Assembly: GCA_051294375.1 (NCBI GenBank) | Contig: CM119269.1 | Coordinates: 5,816,050 to 5,880,049, forward strand | DNA: 64,000 bases | Source: Paraspadella gotoi | Lineage: Eukaryota > Animalia > Chaetognatha | Reading direction: 5' to 3' | Part shown: positions 1 to 11,790 of the stretch, in pieces | Numbering within the stretch: position 1 is the first letter of the stretch | Layout: every line of letters begins with the position of its first letter | The notes under the pieces: generated by a model | Told to the model about the DNA's origin: nothing | Database searches by the model: none | The model's input: only the letters and a program-made list of their open reading frames with translations | Program-made: the position numbers and the translations under genes

Positions 1-852
1 ATATTAGAGCCGGTCATTTTCTCGTTAGGAGGTCATTTATTGAAAAAATCAAAATATATGAAAAAGTCTGGGAACAGGAAAGGGTGGAGGAGAAAATTTG
101 TTTAATGGGATAAAGGTTTAAAATTTTATGATTCGTTATTTGTTGAGGCTTTCAATCTCTTCATAGCCTTATTTTTTTGAGGACTCGAATTTCATTTCTC
201 TCTATAGCCTCAACCTTTCATAGCCTCGCCTCTTTTTATGCATCTCCTCTTAAAGGGCTAACCTCTTCGAAGACCTCACCTTTTGATGCCCTCAATCACC
301 TTTTTCGGGCAAACGCAAATCCTCAAACAAGCAGCATCATTCGTGTCAAGCGAAGACGACAGAGAGGGGGGAGAGAATAGAGGCGAGAGAGAGAGGAGAT
401 TTAGAGGGATGAAAAGGGAGAGGGTGAAAATGGAGATGTTGTTAAGAAAATTAAAAGCGATTTGTGTGGAAAACAATCAAGTAGATGTTGTCGAGAGGAA
501 GAGTTTTGTTGTTTTAATCGAGTGTGGATAGAGAAAAGAGATAAATAGATGGATGATTAGATTAGATAGAATAGATAGTAGATAGATAGTAGATGATAGA
601 TAGATAGAATAGATAGATAGATAGATAGATTAGATAGATAGATAATAAACATCGAATTTTTTTTTTCTCTCTCTCTCTCTCATCTCCCTCTCATCTCCTC
701 TTTCACTCAGCCCCTGAAAAAGATCTTTCATGAGTCATCGTCCATTATCCTTCGGTATAAAACTTTATCTCTCTTCCGAGGTTCACATTCGAACTGATCC
801 TCTCACTGATGTCTTCAGGGATTTTTTTTTAAATGTGTGTTCTGTTATAAAT

Positions 853-1060
853 ACTGAAATTGGTACAACCAATATAAAGATTATCCATTCATTTATTAAA
901 TGCTCCATCTTGCCCCTGACAGGCTTGGGTGGTTTAAGGCCTCCATCACTCTTACAAGATAATTACATCGCAAGTCCCTGCAAGCTTTCAATCAAGATTC
1001 ATTTATTCACTCCCAGAGTACCTGGCTTCCCTATCAATGAAGTGGTATAATATTTCAAAG
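853..1060 (+). repeat. Dispersed repeat, unclassified family, copy 1
   Basis: TGAAATTGGTACAACCAATATAAAGATTATCCATTC...ATCTTGCCCCTGAC matches the reverse complement of 59212-59280. The downstream part (TTAAGGCC...TTACAAGAT...AGCTTTCAATCAAGA...CCTATCAATGAAGT) matches the reverse complement of about 47775-47925. Confidence 0.7.
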
Positions 1061-1282
1061 AATGTTTCAATTGTATGAAAAGACCATTCCCTTAATTATT
1101 AGATCGGGGAATACTTTATTGTATAAGTTAAGTATTAGATCTGTGTTATCTATGTAAGAAAGTATTCCCCCCTATGTATTTTCCCCCCTCCACTCCCCCT
1201 TTTCCTCACTCCCTCCTTCATGCAGCAGTCTACGCCCTCGAAAAAAGGCGGTATGAAATTCGTTGAAAAAAAAGGGGCCGTC

Positions 1283-1595
1283 TTTTCGGAAAGCGCCCCA
1301 TTTCAGCTTGAATTAAAAATTATTTTTTTTATTTAGTTAAGAGATAAGGAAAATGATTAAATTAGGTTAAGCTTGTGGATACGGATTAGATTATAAATTA
1401 GGTTAAGGATAAAGGTTAAAAATTAAATTGTTAACTTGTTATGGATTAGAATTAAAGATTAGGGTAAGCGATTAAGTTAAGGTTAAAAATTACAGTTACA
1501 GCTCAATCGAATTAAATATTTTTAAAAATATTAAAATTAATTCTTAAGGTTATAAGTTTAAAGATTAATAAAAGAAATGGGGTGCTTTCGGAAAA
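1283..1595. mobile_element. MITE-like element with about 22-bp imperfect TIRs and a degenerate TTAGG/GGTTA-rich interior
   Basis: TTTTCGGAAAGCGCCCCATTTC (1283-1304) is near-complementary to GAAATGGGGTGCTTTCGGAAAA (1574-1595). The interior is built from GGTTAAG/TTAGG-like units. A related copy lies at 10559-10801. Confidence 0.6.
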
Positions 1596-2117
1596 AAAAC
1601 GAAAGGATTGGCAGATCGGCCGCCATCTTGCTTTCGTCAGCACGAGCGCCTCTCGCGCCAACGGCGATTGATATTTTCGCGTTTCACCCTTTTTTTTTTA
1701 CTTCGTTGCTCTTTTGTTTTTCCCCCAGGAGGCGTTGTCGTCTTCGCGTCTACGTTTTTATTCATCAAATGTTTTTTTCTTTTGCCGATGTCGTCTTACG
1801 CACCCCGTGTTCCAGTTTGTTCGACGACATTGTTACTTTAGTCATTTTATTTCAGTCATAGTCATTTCCTACGTCTGTTTATTTTGTCAATTGGGGTCGT
1901 TTCAAAATCATCAATCAAAAGGTTTCCAGTTCGAGCCCTGAGCCTAACTCTCAAATTCGGAGGGACTAAATATTTTTTTCTTAAGCTTAATAACGAAGTT
2001 TACGAACGATGTTTTGTTTTATAAACTGACGGTATGTCCTTCATCCTTTTGCCATTTTGTTTGTTCCCTCTTGGCTCAATTTTGTTTTGCTCCTCCGTTT
2101 TTAATATCACACAAAAC

Positions 2118-2174
<57 letters not shown>

Positions 2175-3003
2175 CGCCAAAAATGGTTCCTTCCGCCAAA
2201 AGCGTGAAAAAACAGGGAAGTCTTCTTCCTAGTATTTTTTATTATTCTTTATGTTTGCTTCATTTTTTACGGCGGCAAAACAAACGCCATCTTCGGTGAC
2301 GCTGAAAAATTATCCGCGAAACTCGGGAAAAGAGATCGCTTTTTCATTATACGAGTGGAAACTGGCAGAAAATGATAACAAACATTCCGAAAGAAGAGGA
2401 AACGAAAGAAAAGAAAGGAATGAAGATATAATAAAGAGAAAAAGAAATAAAGAAGAAAGAAAGGGGGAGAAGAGAGAACGAGAAGAAACAAAGACAAAGA
2501 AAGAAAGAAAAGAAGAAGAAAAAAAAAGAAAAGAAAGGCGGAAAAAATAAAGATATAAAATAAACGAAAGAAAAAAATTAAAGAAAGAAAGAAAAGAAAG
2601 ATAAGACAAGAAGAAGAAAAAGAAAGAAAGAAAGAAAGAAAGAAAGAAAAAAAAAAGAAGCAAGAAGAGTGCGAAAAACGGAAAGTAAGTTCCAAACTTG
2701 AAATGATTAATGAATAAGTAAAGCAACAAAATTCATTAATGAATTTAATATGAGTAAAGCAGGAAAATATCACAGCCTTCTTAGTCTGGTGTTTTGTCAC
2801 ATTCCCTCGTGACAATCCCTTTGTCACGCCACTCGTTTCTCGTCTCCCAATTTCTACGAGTCTTTCCAAGAGAGAAAAAAAACATCTCATTATCCTTCGC
2901 GTCCGAAAGACAAAAGACTTTGACTTTTTGGTTTTCGAGAAAAAAAAATTATTGTGACAAAAAGGAAACGGTTTTTCGTCGAGGCAAAAATAAAAAAAAA
3001 CAA

Positions 3004-3349
3004 AAACAAGAACGGTGATTCCAATGTGTTGCGCCGTAGTGACTTTATTTTCACGCGTATTTGCCTTTGCTCACATGATATGACATGACATAAGTAAAAA
3101 AATTTTTTTGCCCATATATTTATATATATATATATATATATAGTTTTTCGGAATTCCTGAAGGCGTCACTAGCACTCCCTTAGATTTCAGGTTTTTACTG
3201 TCTTAACAAATGAGAAACCAACTATAGGCAAATTATAGGCATTTTTAACGTAAGTGGGACAGACTGACGGACCAACTGACAGACCGACTGACCAACTGAA
3301 AAAAGTGACTTATAGAGTTGCTCCGCGAGTACTCACGGTGCAACTGAAA
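3004..3349 (-). mobile_element. DINE-1/HINE-like (Helentron-associated) non-autonomous element, copy 1
   Basis: Subterminal inverted repeat GTTGCGCCG / CGGTGCAAC, terminal hairpin AGTTGC-TCCGCGAGTACTCACGG-TGCAACT (3316-3345), internal (GACN)n microsatellite and AAACAAGAACGG end. Homologous to 3841-4128, 26142-26461 and 50149-50483. Confidence 0.65.
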
Positions 3350-3489
3350 TTTTTTTTTTTGCTCAAGGGAAAAAAATAGAGAAAATAAAGGTTTTGATGA
3401 AATTGAGCTCCAGGTCTCCAGGTCTTCGAGTTTTTGGTTCTGAGGAGAAAAATTCCAATAACCGTTTTCTGCCAAGAATTTGTGGGAGT

Positions 3490-3605
3490 TGAGAGGGAGA
3501 AGGTGGCCAAATTTCTTTTCTTTTTCTTTTCATTGAGAGGAAGAAGGTGGCCAAATTTCTTTTCTTTTTTTTTTCATTGAGAGAGAGAAGGTGGTCACTT
3601 TTCTT
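3490..3605. repeat. About 45-bp tandem repeat, roughly 2.5 copies
   Basis: GAGAAGGTGGCCAAATTTCTTTTCTTTTT...CATTGAGAG is repeated. Confidence 0.75.
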
Positions 3606-3840
3606 TTCTTCTTGCTTCCTTTTTTTAATTCTACAACTTTCCCTTTTTTATTAATAGACGAGCTTACTCTTTAATATTTTCCTAGTTTAGTTTTTCCTTT
3701 TTATAATTTTATTTGCTTTTTTGGGGAGTTTTTCTCTCTTTCTTTTACCGTATTCTCGTTTGCCAACATATTTGAAAAAATAATATTTCTTTGATAAAAA
3801 GCTTATTTCTAAAAAAAATTTGCTACTTTGAGAAAAAAAA

Positions 3841-4128
3841 TTTTAGTTGTGCCACTTTTTTGTCGGTCGGTCGGTCGGTCCGTCGGTTGGTCGGTCTGTC
3901 TGTCTATCGATCTGTCCCACTTAAGTTAAAAATGAATATAATCTGCTAATAGTTGGCTGCTAGAGCCGCCTTCAGGAATTCCTAAACTATAATTAATTTT
4001 GATGCGGTGCATGTTATAAATAAACGGGCAAAGACAGTTTTTTAGTCATGTCATATCATGTCATATCATGTGATTACGTGAAAATAAAGTCACTGCGGCG
4101 CAACACATTGGAAATACCGTTCTTGTTT
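3841..4128 (+). mobile_element. DINE-1/HINE-like element, copy 2, inverted relative to copy 1
   Basis: TTTTAGTTG...(GTCG/GTCT)n...GTCCCACTTA...CCTTCAGGAATTCC...GTCACTGCGGCGCAACACATTGGAAATACCGTTCTTGTTT is the reverse complement of 3004-3349 with substitutions. Confidence 0.65.
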
Positions 4129-4477
4129 AAAAAACTTTTTAGCTTTTACGCGAAGAAGAAGAAAGGATAAAAGAGGTGAAATCTATTTTTATGCGAAAAC
4201 ATATCCATCAAACGACTTCTACTGTAGCATACACTCGCTCTCCCTCACTCTCTTTCTCTCCGTTTCTTCACCTGCTTTATATATCTTATAAATCTCTGTC
4301 TCCCTCTGCATCATCATCTTTATCCAGCATTGTTATTACCATCTGCATCAACTCCATCTGCATCAACATTTTTTCGTCTCTATCTCTGTCCTCGTCAACG
4401 ACTGAAATTTCATTTTCGGCTTAAAAAAAAAAAAAAAATTGGCATAAATCTGTCGATTTCGTCGTTAGAATCAACGT

Positions 4478-4608
4478 CGGTTCCGGCGTCGGCAAACCTC
4501 GGCTCCGGCGTCGGAAAACCTCGGCTCCGGCGTCGGCAAACCTCGGCTCCGGCGTCGGCAAACCTCGGCTCCGGCGTCGGCAAACCTCGGCTCCGGCGTC
4601 GGCAAACG
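4478..4608. repeat. 22-bp GC-rich minisatellite, about 6 copies
   Basis: Unit GGCTCCGGCGTCGGCAAACCTC with near-identical copies. Confidence 0.9.
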
Positions 4609-5066
4609 CCGGCCAAGTCCACGCCCTCCTTTTTTCCCCTTCGTCCGATAATTAAAAATCCATGCAATTCAAATTTGTATTAAAATTCGATTTATAATAT
4701 TAATAAAGAGACTCGGCAGAACAAGAGTCGACGATCGAAGAGGAACGAAATGGCGGACGATTCGATCGTCAAATTTGAAAAATTTCTGATTATTAATTAA
4801 TTTATTATTTTGTTATAAGGAATGTAACGGGAAAAAAAAATCGTTTGAACAACAATTTATTATGTTTATACGGACATGTTTCGACTCTGGTTCGAGTCTT
4901 CATCAGCAAAAAGAAACAGAGTCGAAAAATGTCCGTATAAACATAATGAATTGTTGTTCAAACGAATTTTTTACGTTACATTCCTTAAAATTACACAAAC
5001 AACAAAAAGAAAGATCGAATAAAATATTTTGTTATATAATAAATAATAATCAGATTAATTTTTTAC

Positions 5067-5136
5067 TTAATGTTGTAGATCTCGTCGAAGGAGGTTTGCT
5101 TCTTTAGGTAGCCGATGAGCACGGACTTTGTGGAAT
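5067..5136 (-). CDS. Possible isolated internal coding exon; parent gene not resolved
   Basis: Minus strand reads TTTTTCAG | (D)STKSVLIGYLKKQTSFDEIYNI | GTAAA, with C-ending codon bias like the confirmed exons. No neighbouring exons were securely found. Confidence 0.3.
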
Positions 5137-5304
5137 CTGAAAAATAAAAAAAAATAACATTTTCTAAAACGAATTATAAATTATAAAGGGAATCGTGAAG
5201 TAGATTAGTGACAAAATTAATATTGTTCATTTAGTTTCATGTTTATGTTTTTTATCGGTAGCAAACGTTTCAAGTACGTAAATTTAGCTAATTATGCTCA
5301 TGAC

Positions 5305-5363
<59 letters not shown>

Positions 5364-5577
5364 TAATCGATGTTCATTAATTTGGCCATTCACGTTCTCA
5401 GCAAGCGACGTAACAAGCAAGCTTGAAATGTCAGAATGATTTCTGTCACAAAAGCTGAAAATTGCAGGAAAAAAAAACACTTAGTAAACAAACTATTTCC
5501 ACAACTGAAAAAATGTTGAGATTTTTCGCAAATCTCTCTATTTCTGGTCATACAAAAGTAAACGACCGAAAAAAATA

Positions 5578-5613
<36 letters not shown>

Positions 5614-8044
5614 CTCTCTTCTCTCCCCCCTCTCTTCTCTCTCTCTCTCTCTCTGCCGCAAAGTTCTTTTGCTGTTAATATCAAATTGAGCGAGAAAAGA
5701 AATTGCCCATAAATTCGATTCAACTCCCCAACCCACGACTTTCCACACACGAATCCCCTTTCTCTATTCCCCCCCCCACTTCGGAGATTATCCACTTTAT
5801 ATCCGGCTTTTTTGTTACTCCCTCCGTGCCCTCTGTCCACCCACACTGTCACTTCACTAAACTCTCACAGATTCCTGTTCAAATTTTAGCCTTGTTCAGG
5901 TGCATGTACACCTTGTTTGTTTTGTTTTCAAACAAAAATGTTTTGCTCTGCGGAATTGTCCATGTGACAAAAGACGATAAAGAAATTCAAAATACGTCTT
6001 TGTATGTATGTACATATTATGAAGCCATTACAAACATATTAGTCGACAACATTGTCACACGAAGATCGAAACCGCGTGAGTTAAAATGGCGGACTAAGTG
6101 CTTCACTTTTCCAACTGAAGGAGGAACAACAGACGGCGAAGGAAGGAAAAAACAAAAGACGCCTTTGATCTGACCCTTAGGTTTAGATCGAAAAATAAAG
6201 AGAACAACTTTTTTTATCGCCTGTTTGTTTTTTTTTTTTATTTGGTTTTTTTTTATTTGTTTTTTTTTTCGATTTTTTTTTCTTACTGAGGAGAAAAAAA
6301 AAGAGAAATTAGAAAAAATAAGCAGAGAAAATTATGAAAATAATATGTACAACTCATCATGTATCGGGATCACGCGATAAAAAAATAATGTTAGAAATAT
6401 ATAATGACATGTCACATTCGGCGATTTAGCAATCTATGTATTTAGTCTTATAGCTTAAAATTCAATGTTTTTTTGAAAAATTTTTAAAGATAGTACTTAA
6501 AATCATAATACATTGTTTGAGAAAAAAAATCTATATTGTTGTTTGTTTGAAAAATGAAAAAAATAGTAAAATTGCAGAAAGAAAGAAGTGAGTGAACGAG
6601 TTAGTGAATCGCAGCTGATGGGAGGGAAACGTGAAATAGGGGATGTGAGTAGAGGACGATGGCTGAAAGGTTAGGAAAGTAAAGGAAATTAATGGACAAA
6701 GAAAACAAGAGAGAAAAACATAAAACAAGAGGAAAGGAGAGCGGGAAAAACAAAATTGGAAAAAAAAATAAAACAGAAGTAGAGAAGGAAATAAATAGAA
6801 AAAAAAAGGGACTAAGATAAATGTTTTATAAGGATAAGTACTAATAAGGTAAAAGTCGAAAGGTAATACCAGTTAACAGTTAAATAAAGCAGGGAAAAGA
6901 AATAAACTAATACTAAAGACTAAAGACTAATGACGAAGCAGATATAAAAATAGGAAGTGGAAAAGAGAGGAAAGAGATGAGAAATTAAGGGGAGAGTTAA
7001 AGTAGGGAGGTAGGGGACAGAACGAGACTGCAAATGACGTCTGGCTCGAGGGTCCTTAAAAATCTTTCTGCCGCGAATAATCGATTCTTTTTTTTTTCGA
7101 TTAATTCAGTTTTATTCTACTAACTCAGTACAAAGAATACGTTAATTTTTTATTTTGGACTTGACTCGAAACGGTTGTTAGAAATTTTTCAAACTGCGAA
7201 ATATTAACCTCGATTTTTAGAATAATTTAGCATTCAGATCGAAAGGCAGACGAGAAATAAAAGAGCTTGTATGCAGAATCAATTTAAATATAAAAAGAAC
7301 AATTTGCTAAAAATTTAAAAATCCGAATTAAATGTCTGTGTGACGTTTAAAAAAAAAAAATTTGCAGGCTGGATAGATCATAAAGTTTTCTTTGCTTATT
7401 TTCTTTGGTTTTTTTTTTTTAACTTTCTTTAGACGTTACGTCCTTATCTACTTCTTTCCCTTTTGTTTTTCTTCTTTTTTTTTCTCTGTCCGTAAAAACT
7501 TTTTTTTTTGTCAAAATCTTTTCTTATCGTCGCGAGTTTTGGGTCGCGAAAGGGTTAATGGTTTTTCCCTGCAAAGAAGCTTCCTTCATCAAATACTCAT
7601 GGACATATTCCACAGCCTCTCTCTGTTTTTGTTTGAGGTAAACATTTTCTTCACGTTTTTGTTGTACTTTTTTACCTCTAAAACCTTTTAAAAAGCTTTC
7701 AATACTTTGTAAAAATAACAATTCGAATCTATATTCATATTGATATTATTATTATTATTATTGAAGCGAAGGAAACGAATGATTATTTTAATATTCATTT
7801 TATTATCAATTCAAGGCCATCGAGACGCATTGATAACAACCGCAATGACGGCGATGCTAATGACGACGATGATAATGACGACGACGACGATGACTCTAAC
7901 TCTGTTTATGATGATGCTGTGATGACCGCGCGTCCTTCTCCCACTCTTCCTGGCTACGCCCACTGATTAACTCTCGCCAAGCCGCTCGCCTCATGATTCC
8001 TCTTTTCTTTAATCCTTAAATCGAGGGCGTCATTTGAGGTCGAA

Positions 8045-8084
<40 letters not shown>

Positions 8085-8243
8085 TAAAAAAAAACAAATT
8101 AATTAACTAAAGAAAAATACGTTCGTTTATACCAAAAATCTTGAATTGTATAACAATGAATAACGGTAAAAAAGAGCTTATGAAAACTTCGCTTACAGCT
8201 CACAACTCACATCTTACTGCACTCCGTTCGTCGACAGCTCAAA

Positions 8244-8663
8244 AGTAATCCTATGGCAAATAAAACCTAATAGTCAAATGGCAAATAAAACCAAGCAGTC
8301 ATATGGCAAATAAAACTTAGTAGTCCTATGGTAAATAAAAACCTAGTTGTCCTATGGCTAAAACCTAGTATCCGATGGCAAATAAAACCTTAGTAAGTTC
8401 CTATGGCAAATAAAACCTAGTAGTCCTATGGCAAATAAAACTTAGTAGTCCTATGGTAATAAAACCTAGTAGTCCTATGCAAGTAAAACCTAGTAGTCCT
8501 GGCAAATAAAACCTAGTAGTCCTATGGCAAATAAAACCTATAGTCCGATGGCAAATAAAACTTAGTAGTCCTATGGCAAATAAAACTTAATAGTCCGATG
8601 GCAAATAAAACCTAGTAGTCCGATGGCAAATAAAACCTAGTAGTCCTATGGCAAATAAAACCT
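8244..8663. repeat. 25-bp minisatellite, about 17 copies
   Basis: Unit ATGGCAAATAAAACCTAGTAGTCCT arranged head-to-tail with small indels and no spacers. Confidence 0.92.
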
Positions 8664-8750
8664 CGCCAACGACTGGCGAACCCAAATTACGAGGACTCGA
8701 ACGCTTGACATTTTCTGGCGAATCTTCTTTTTCATCTCAAAACTCGGCTC

Positions 8751-8869
8751 CTGATTGGTTGCCCCCGATGACGACCTCGATGAGCCGACGCAAAAAGGAT
8801 GGCTCACGATTGGTCGATTCTCTTTCGACCAATCAAAAAGCGGGAATCTTCAACTGGAGCCACGCCCAC
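8751..8869. promoter_or_regulatory. Promoter-like motif cluster: 3 CCAAT boxes, an E2F-like site and an Sp/KLF box
   Basis: CTGATTGG at 8751, palindromic GATTGGTCGA-N7-TCGACCAATC at 8808-8834, GCGGGAA at 8840 and GCCACGCCCAC at 8859. Confidence 0.4.
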
Positions 8870-9489
8870 TCGTTTGATGAATAATTTTCGAGCCTCGAAA
8901 TTCATGTCTTTTTTCTTTTTTCCCCTTAATTTTCTTTCTTTTTTAAGCCGTCCTCTTTTTATGAGTAGAGAAAAAAGAGGATTGTCGTCGTCGTCCCAAA
9001 CTTTTTTAAAAAATTTCAATGTGATTACGAATATGATAATGTCGTTTTTAACCAAATGATTTTGAAAGTACAGGTCACAATGGAAGCGTTGGAAGATGCT
9101 TACCGATCGTCTTCATTTCCTTGCAGAAAATAGAAATGTAAAAGATCAAAGCGAAATTAATCGCATCAGTCACTTTCCCAAATCTATCGACATCTTAAGT
9201 TCTTTGTCAACTTTATTATCATACATACATACTTAATTACTTATATATTAGTCGACCTTGATGTCTTTTTTGTCATCGTAACTATTTACTTTGTCGCTTT
9301 GAGTGACATCTTTGTCATCGCATCTTTGTCGCCTTCAATCTCTTGGTTGTCGATTTCGATTTTTCGGTTTGGTTTTTTTTTCGACGCCGACAACGGACAA
9401 TAAAAGTGGATACATGGAGACATCACTTTTTCATAGACTTTTTATGATTTGATGGAAACTATATCCGGCAGTTTTATGAGGCGAGAGAG

Positions 9490-9544
<55 letters not shown>

Positions 9545-9924
9545 GAGAGAGAGAGAGACTATTTTGTAAGCCTTTCCAATTTTCTCCTTTAACTCTTTTT
9601 CCATTTAATGTCTTCAAACCGGAAACGACGTCGTGAGGTTCAAATTCGAAAAAAAAGCCACAAAAACAAAATGGAGAAAAAAAGAAAGAAAAAAAGAAAG
9701 AAATCGTAAAAGAAAAACTTTCGAAATTGTCGTTTTGAGAAATGATGTTTCCGCGTTGGATGGAATACGAATCAAAGAGAGAAAGAGAGAGAGAGAGAGA
9801 GAGANNNNNNNNNNNNNNNNNNNNNNNNNNNNNNNNNNNNNNNNNNNNNNNNNNNNNNNNNNNNNNNNNNNNNNNNNNNNNNNNNNNNNNNNNNNNNNNN
9901 NNNNNNNNNNNNNNNNNNNNNNNN

Positions 9925-9960
<36 letters not shown>

Positions 9961-10558
9961 TTGACAGAGAAACCAAAACTAAGATAACCGAGACAAAGGA
10001 CAACAACGACAAGGATAAAAAATGATCCCAACGTCGGATTTTCTTGGCCCCATTTTCGCTTAAGACGGTGAAGTTGGGAATCGACGGGTTAATGGAATTT
10101 CATACCACGAAATGTAGCGCTTAACCCATTAATCATCCCCTATTAACCATTAAAGAAATTTAAGAACCCTCGTTGGTGGTTGGGCCTGCTAAGATTACGC
10201 GAACTTGTGAAAGTAAAAAAAAAAGAAATTCTTTTGCTCTTAGTTTTTTTTTTTGTTCGCATAGAATTNNNNNNNNNNNNNNNNNNNNNNNNNNNNNNNN
10301 NNNNNNNNNNNNNNNNNNNNNNNNNNNNNNNNNNNNNNNNNNNNNNNNNNNNNNNNNNNNNNNNNNNNNNNNNNNNNNNNNNNNNNNNNNNNNNNNNNNN
10401 NNNNNNNNNNNNNNNNNNNNNNNNNNNNNNNNNNNNNNNNNNNNNNNNNNNNNNNNNNNNNNNNNNNNNNNNNNNNNNNNNAAAGGTGTGAGGAAAAGTC
10501 TGTCAATCGGGAAGAAACGACCATTCGCTATAAAAAAAGCTTTTTAAACAATGAGCAC

Positions 10559-10801
10559 TATTTTCCAAAAGCTCCTTATTTCTGTTCCTGAATTACTAAA
10601 CTTAATTTTAACCCCTAAGCCCCTAATCTAAACTGTAATCCCCAACCCTAATCCTTACACTAATTAATTACCTTATCCCTAACCTTAATTTTTGACCTAA
10701 TACTTAACCTCATCCCTTACCTTAAACTTTATTATAACATTTAAACTTAATAACTAACTTAATTCCCAATTTAAGTTGAAATGAGGCGTTTTGGGAAAAT
10801 A
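10559..10801. mobile_element. MITE-like TIR element with CCCTAA/CCTTAA-rich interior, same family as 1283-1595 in opposite orientation
   Basis: TATTTTCCAAAAGCTCCTTATTTC ... GAAATGAGGCGTTTTGGGAAAATA form imperfect inverted repeats. The interior has AACCCTAA-like units. Confidence 0.55.
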
Positions 10802-11790
10802 AAGCCGAAAAATGTAATTAAGTTTTTTTTCCACGCATCAATTCTTTGTCCTCTTCTCTCGTCTTTTCTTCATCGGATTTAATAACTTGTCTTTTTTACT
10901 CTTCCCTCTCCCAATCCGTTTGATTTTTTTCTTTTCCATATCTTTATCTCCTCTTCTCTTCTATAAGTTGTCACTCTTTTTTTTTTTAACTTCCTTCTCT
11001 TTTCTTTCGTCCTCTTTAATCGAATTCCTCCCCTTCTCTTTTTGTTCTGTTCCATATCTCCTTTTCTTTTCTTCCTTCCCTTTCTTTCTTTTTCCTTCCA
11101 TTCCCTTTTTTACCTACTGTATTCAATTAGTTGTCACTCCTTATATTTTCTCTCCTTGTCTTCTTTCTATTTNNNNNNNNNNNNNNNNNNNNNNNNNNNN
11201 NNNNNNNNNNNNNNNNNNNNNNNNNNNNNNNNNNNNNNNNNNNNNNNNNNNNNNNNNNNNNNNNNNNNNNNNNNNNNNNNNNNNNNNNNNNNNNNNNNNN
11301 NNNNNNNNNNNNNNNNNNNNNNNNNNNNNNNNNNNNNNNNNNNNNNNNNNNNNNNNNNNNNNNNNNNNNNNNNNNNNNNNNNNNNNNNNNNNNNNNNNNT
11401 CTCTCATTTTCTTTTTCTTCCTTCTTTACTTTCCTCCTTTTTCTTTTTTCCTTTTCTCCTCATGAGTTTTTTTTTCATTTTTTTCCTCCTGTTTATCTTT
11501 ATTTCTCTCACATCCTTAATCCATTTGGTATTCTTCTCTTTCCTTTCACCTTTCGACTTATTTTATGCAGGATTATCCATTTCATTTTGTTTGTGCTTCA
11601 TTATGCATTTTTAGGAATTCTCGTCCTCGTTGTTCGCTTTGAATTTTTTTTCTCTTTCATTTATTCTGATGATTCCTTCTTTAATTTCTTTGTTCTTTTT
11701 TTATTCTTCTATCTCACACTCTCTTATTCTTTACTTTTTTCACCCCTTAGGTTTCCATGTCTCCCTCTATTTCTTTCTTATAGTTATATA

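Noticed and set aside
700-825. Hammerhead ribozyme (CTGAAGA...GAA on the minus strand)
   Set aside because: No pairing for stems II/III and no GAAA core in the right position.
2267-2890. 207-aa Phe/Leu/Ser-rich ORF and similar ORFs (ERERER, SLSLSL, poly-D/M, X-containing)
   Set aside because: These are translations of purine/pyrimidine tracts, microsatellites or N gaps.
8244-8663. CRISPR-like array
   Set aside because: Units are contiguous with no unique spacers, there are no cas genes, and the context is eukaryotic. The same applies to 47138-47422 and 4478-4608.
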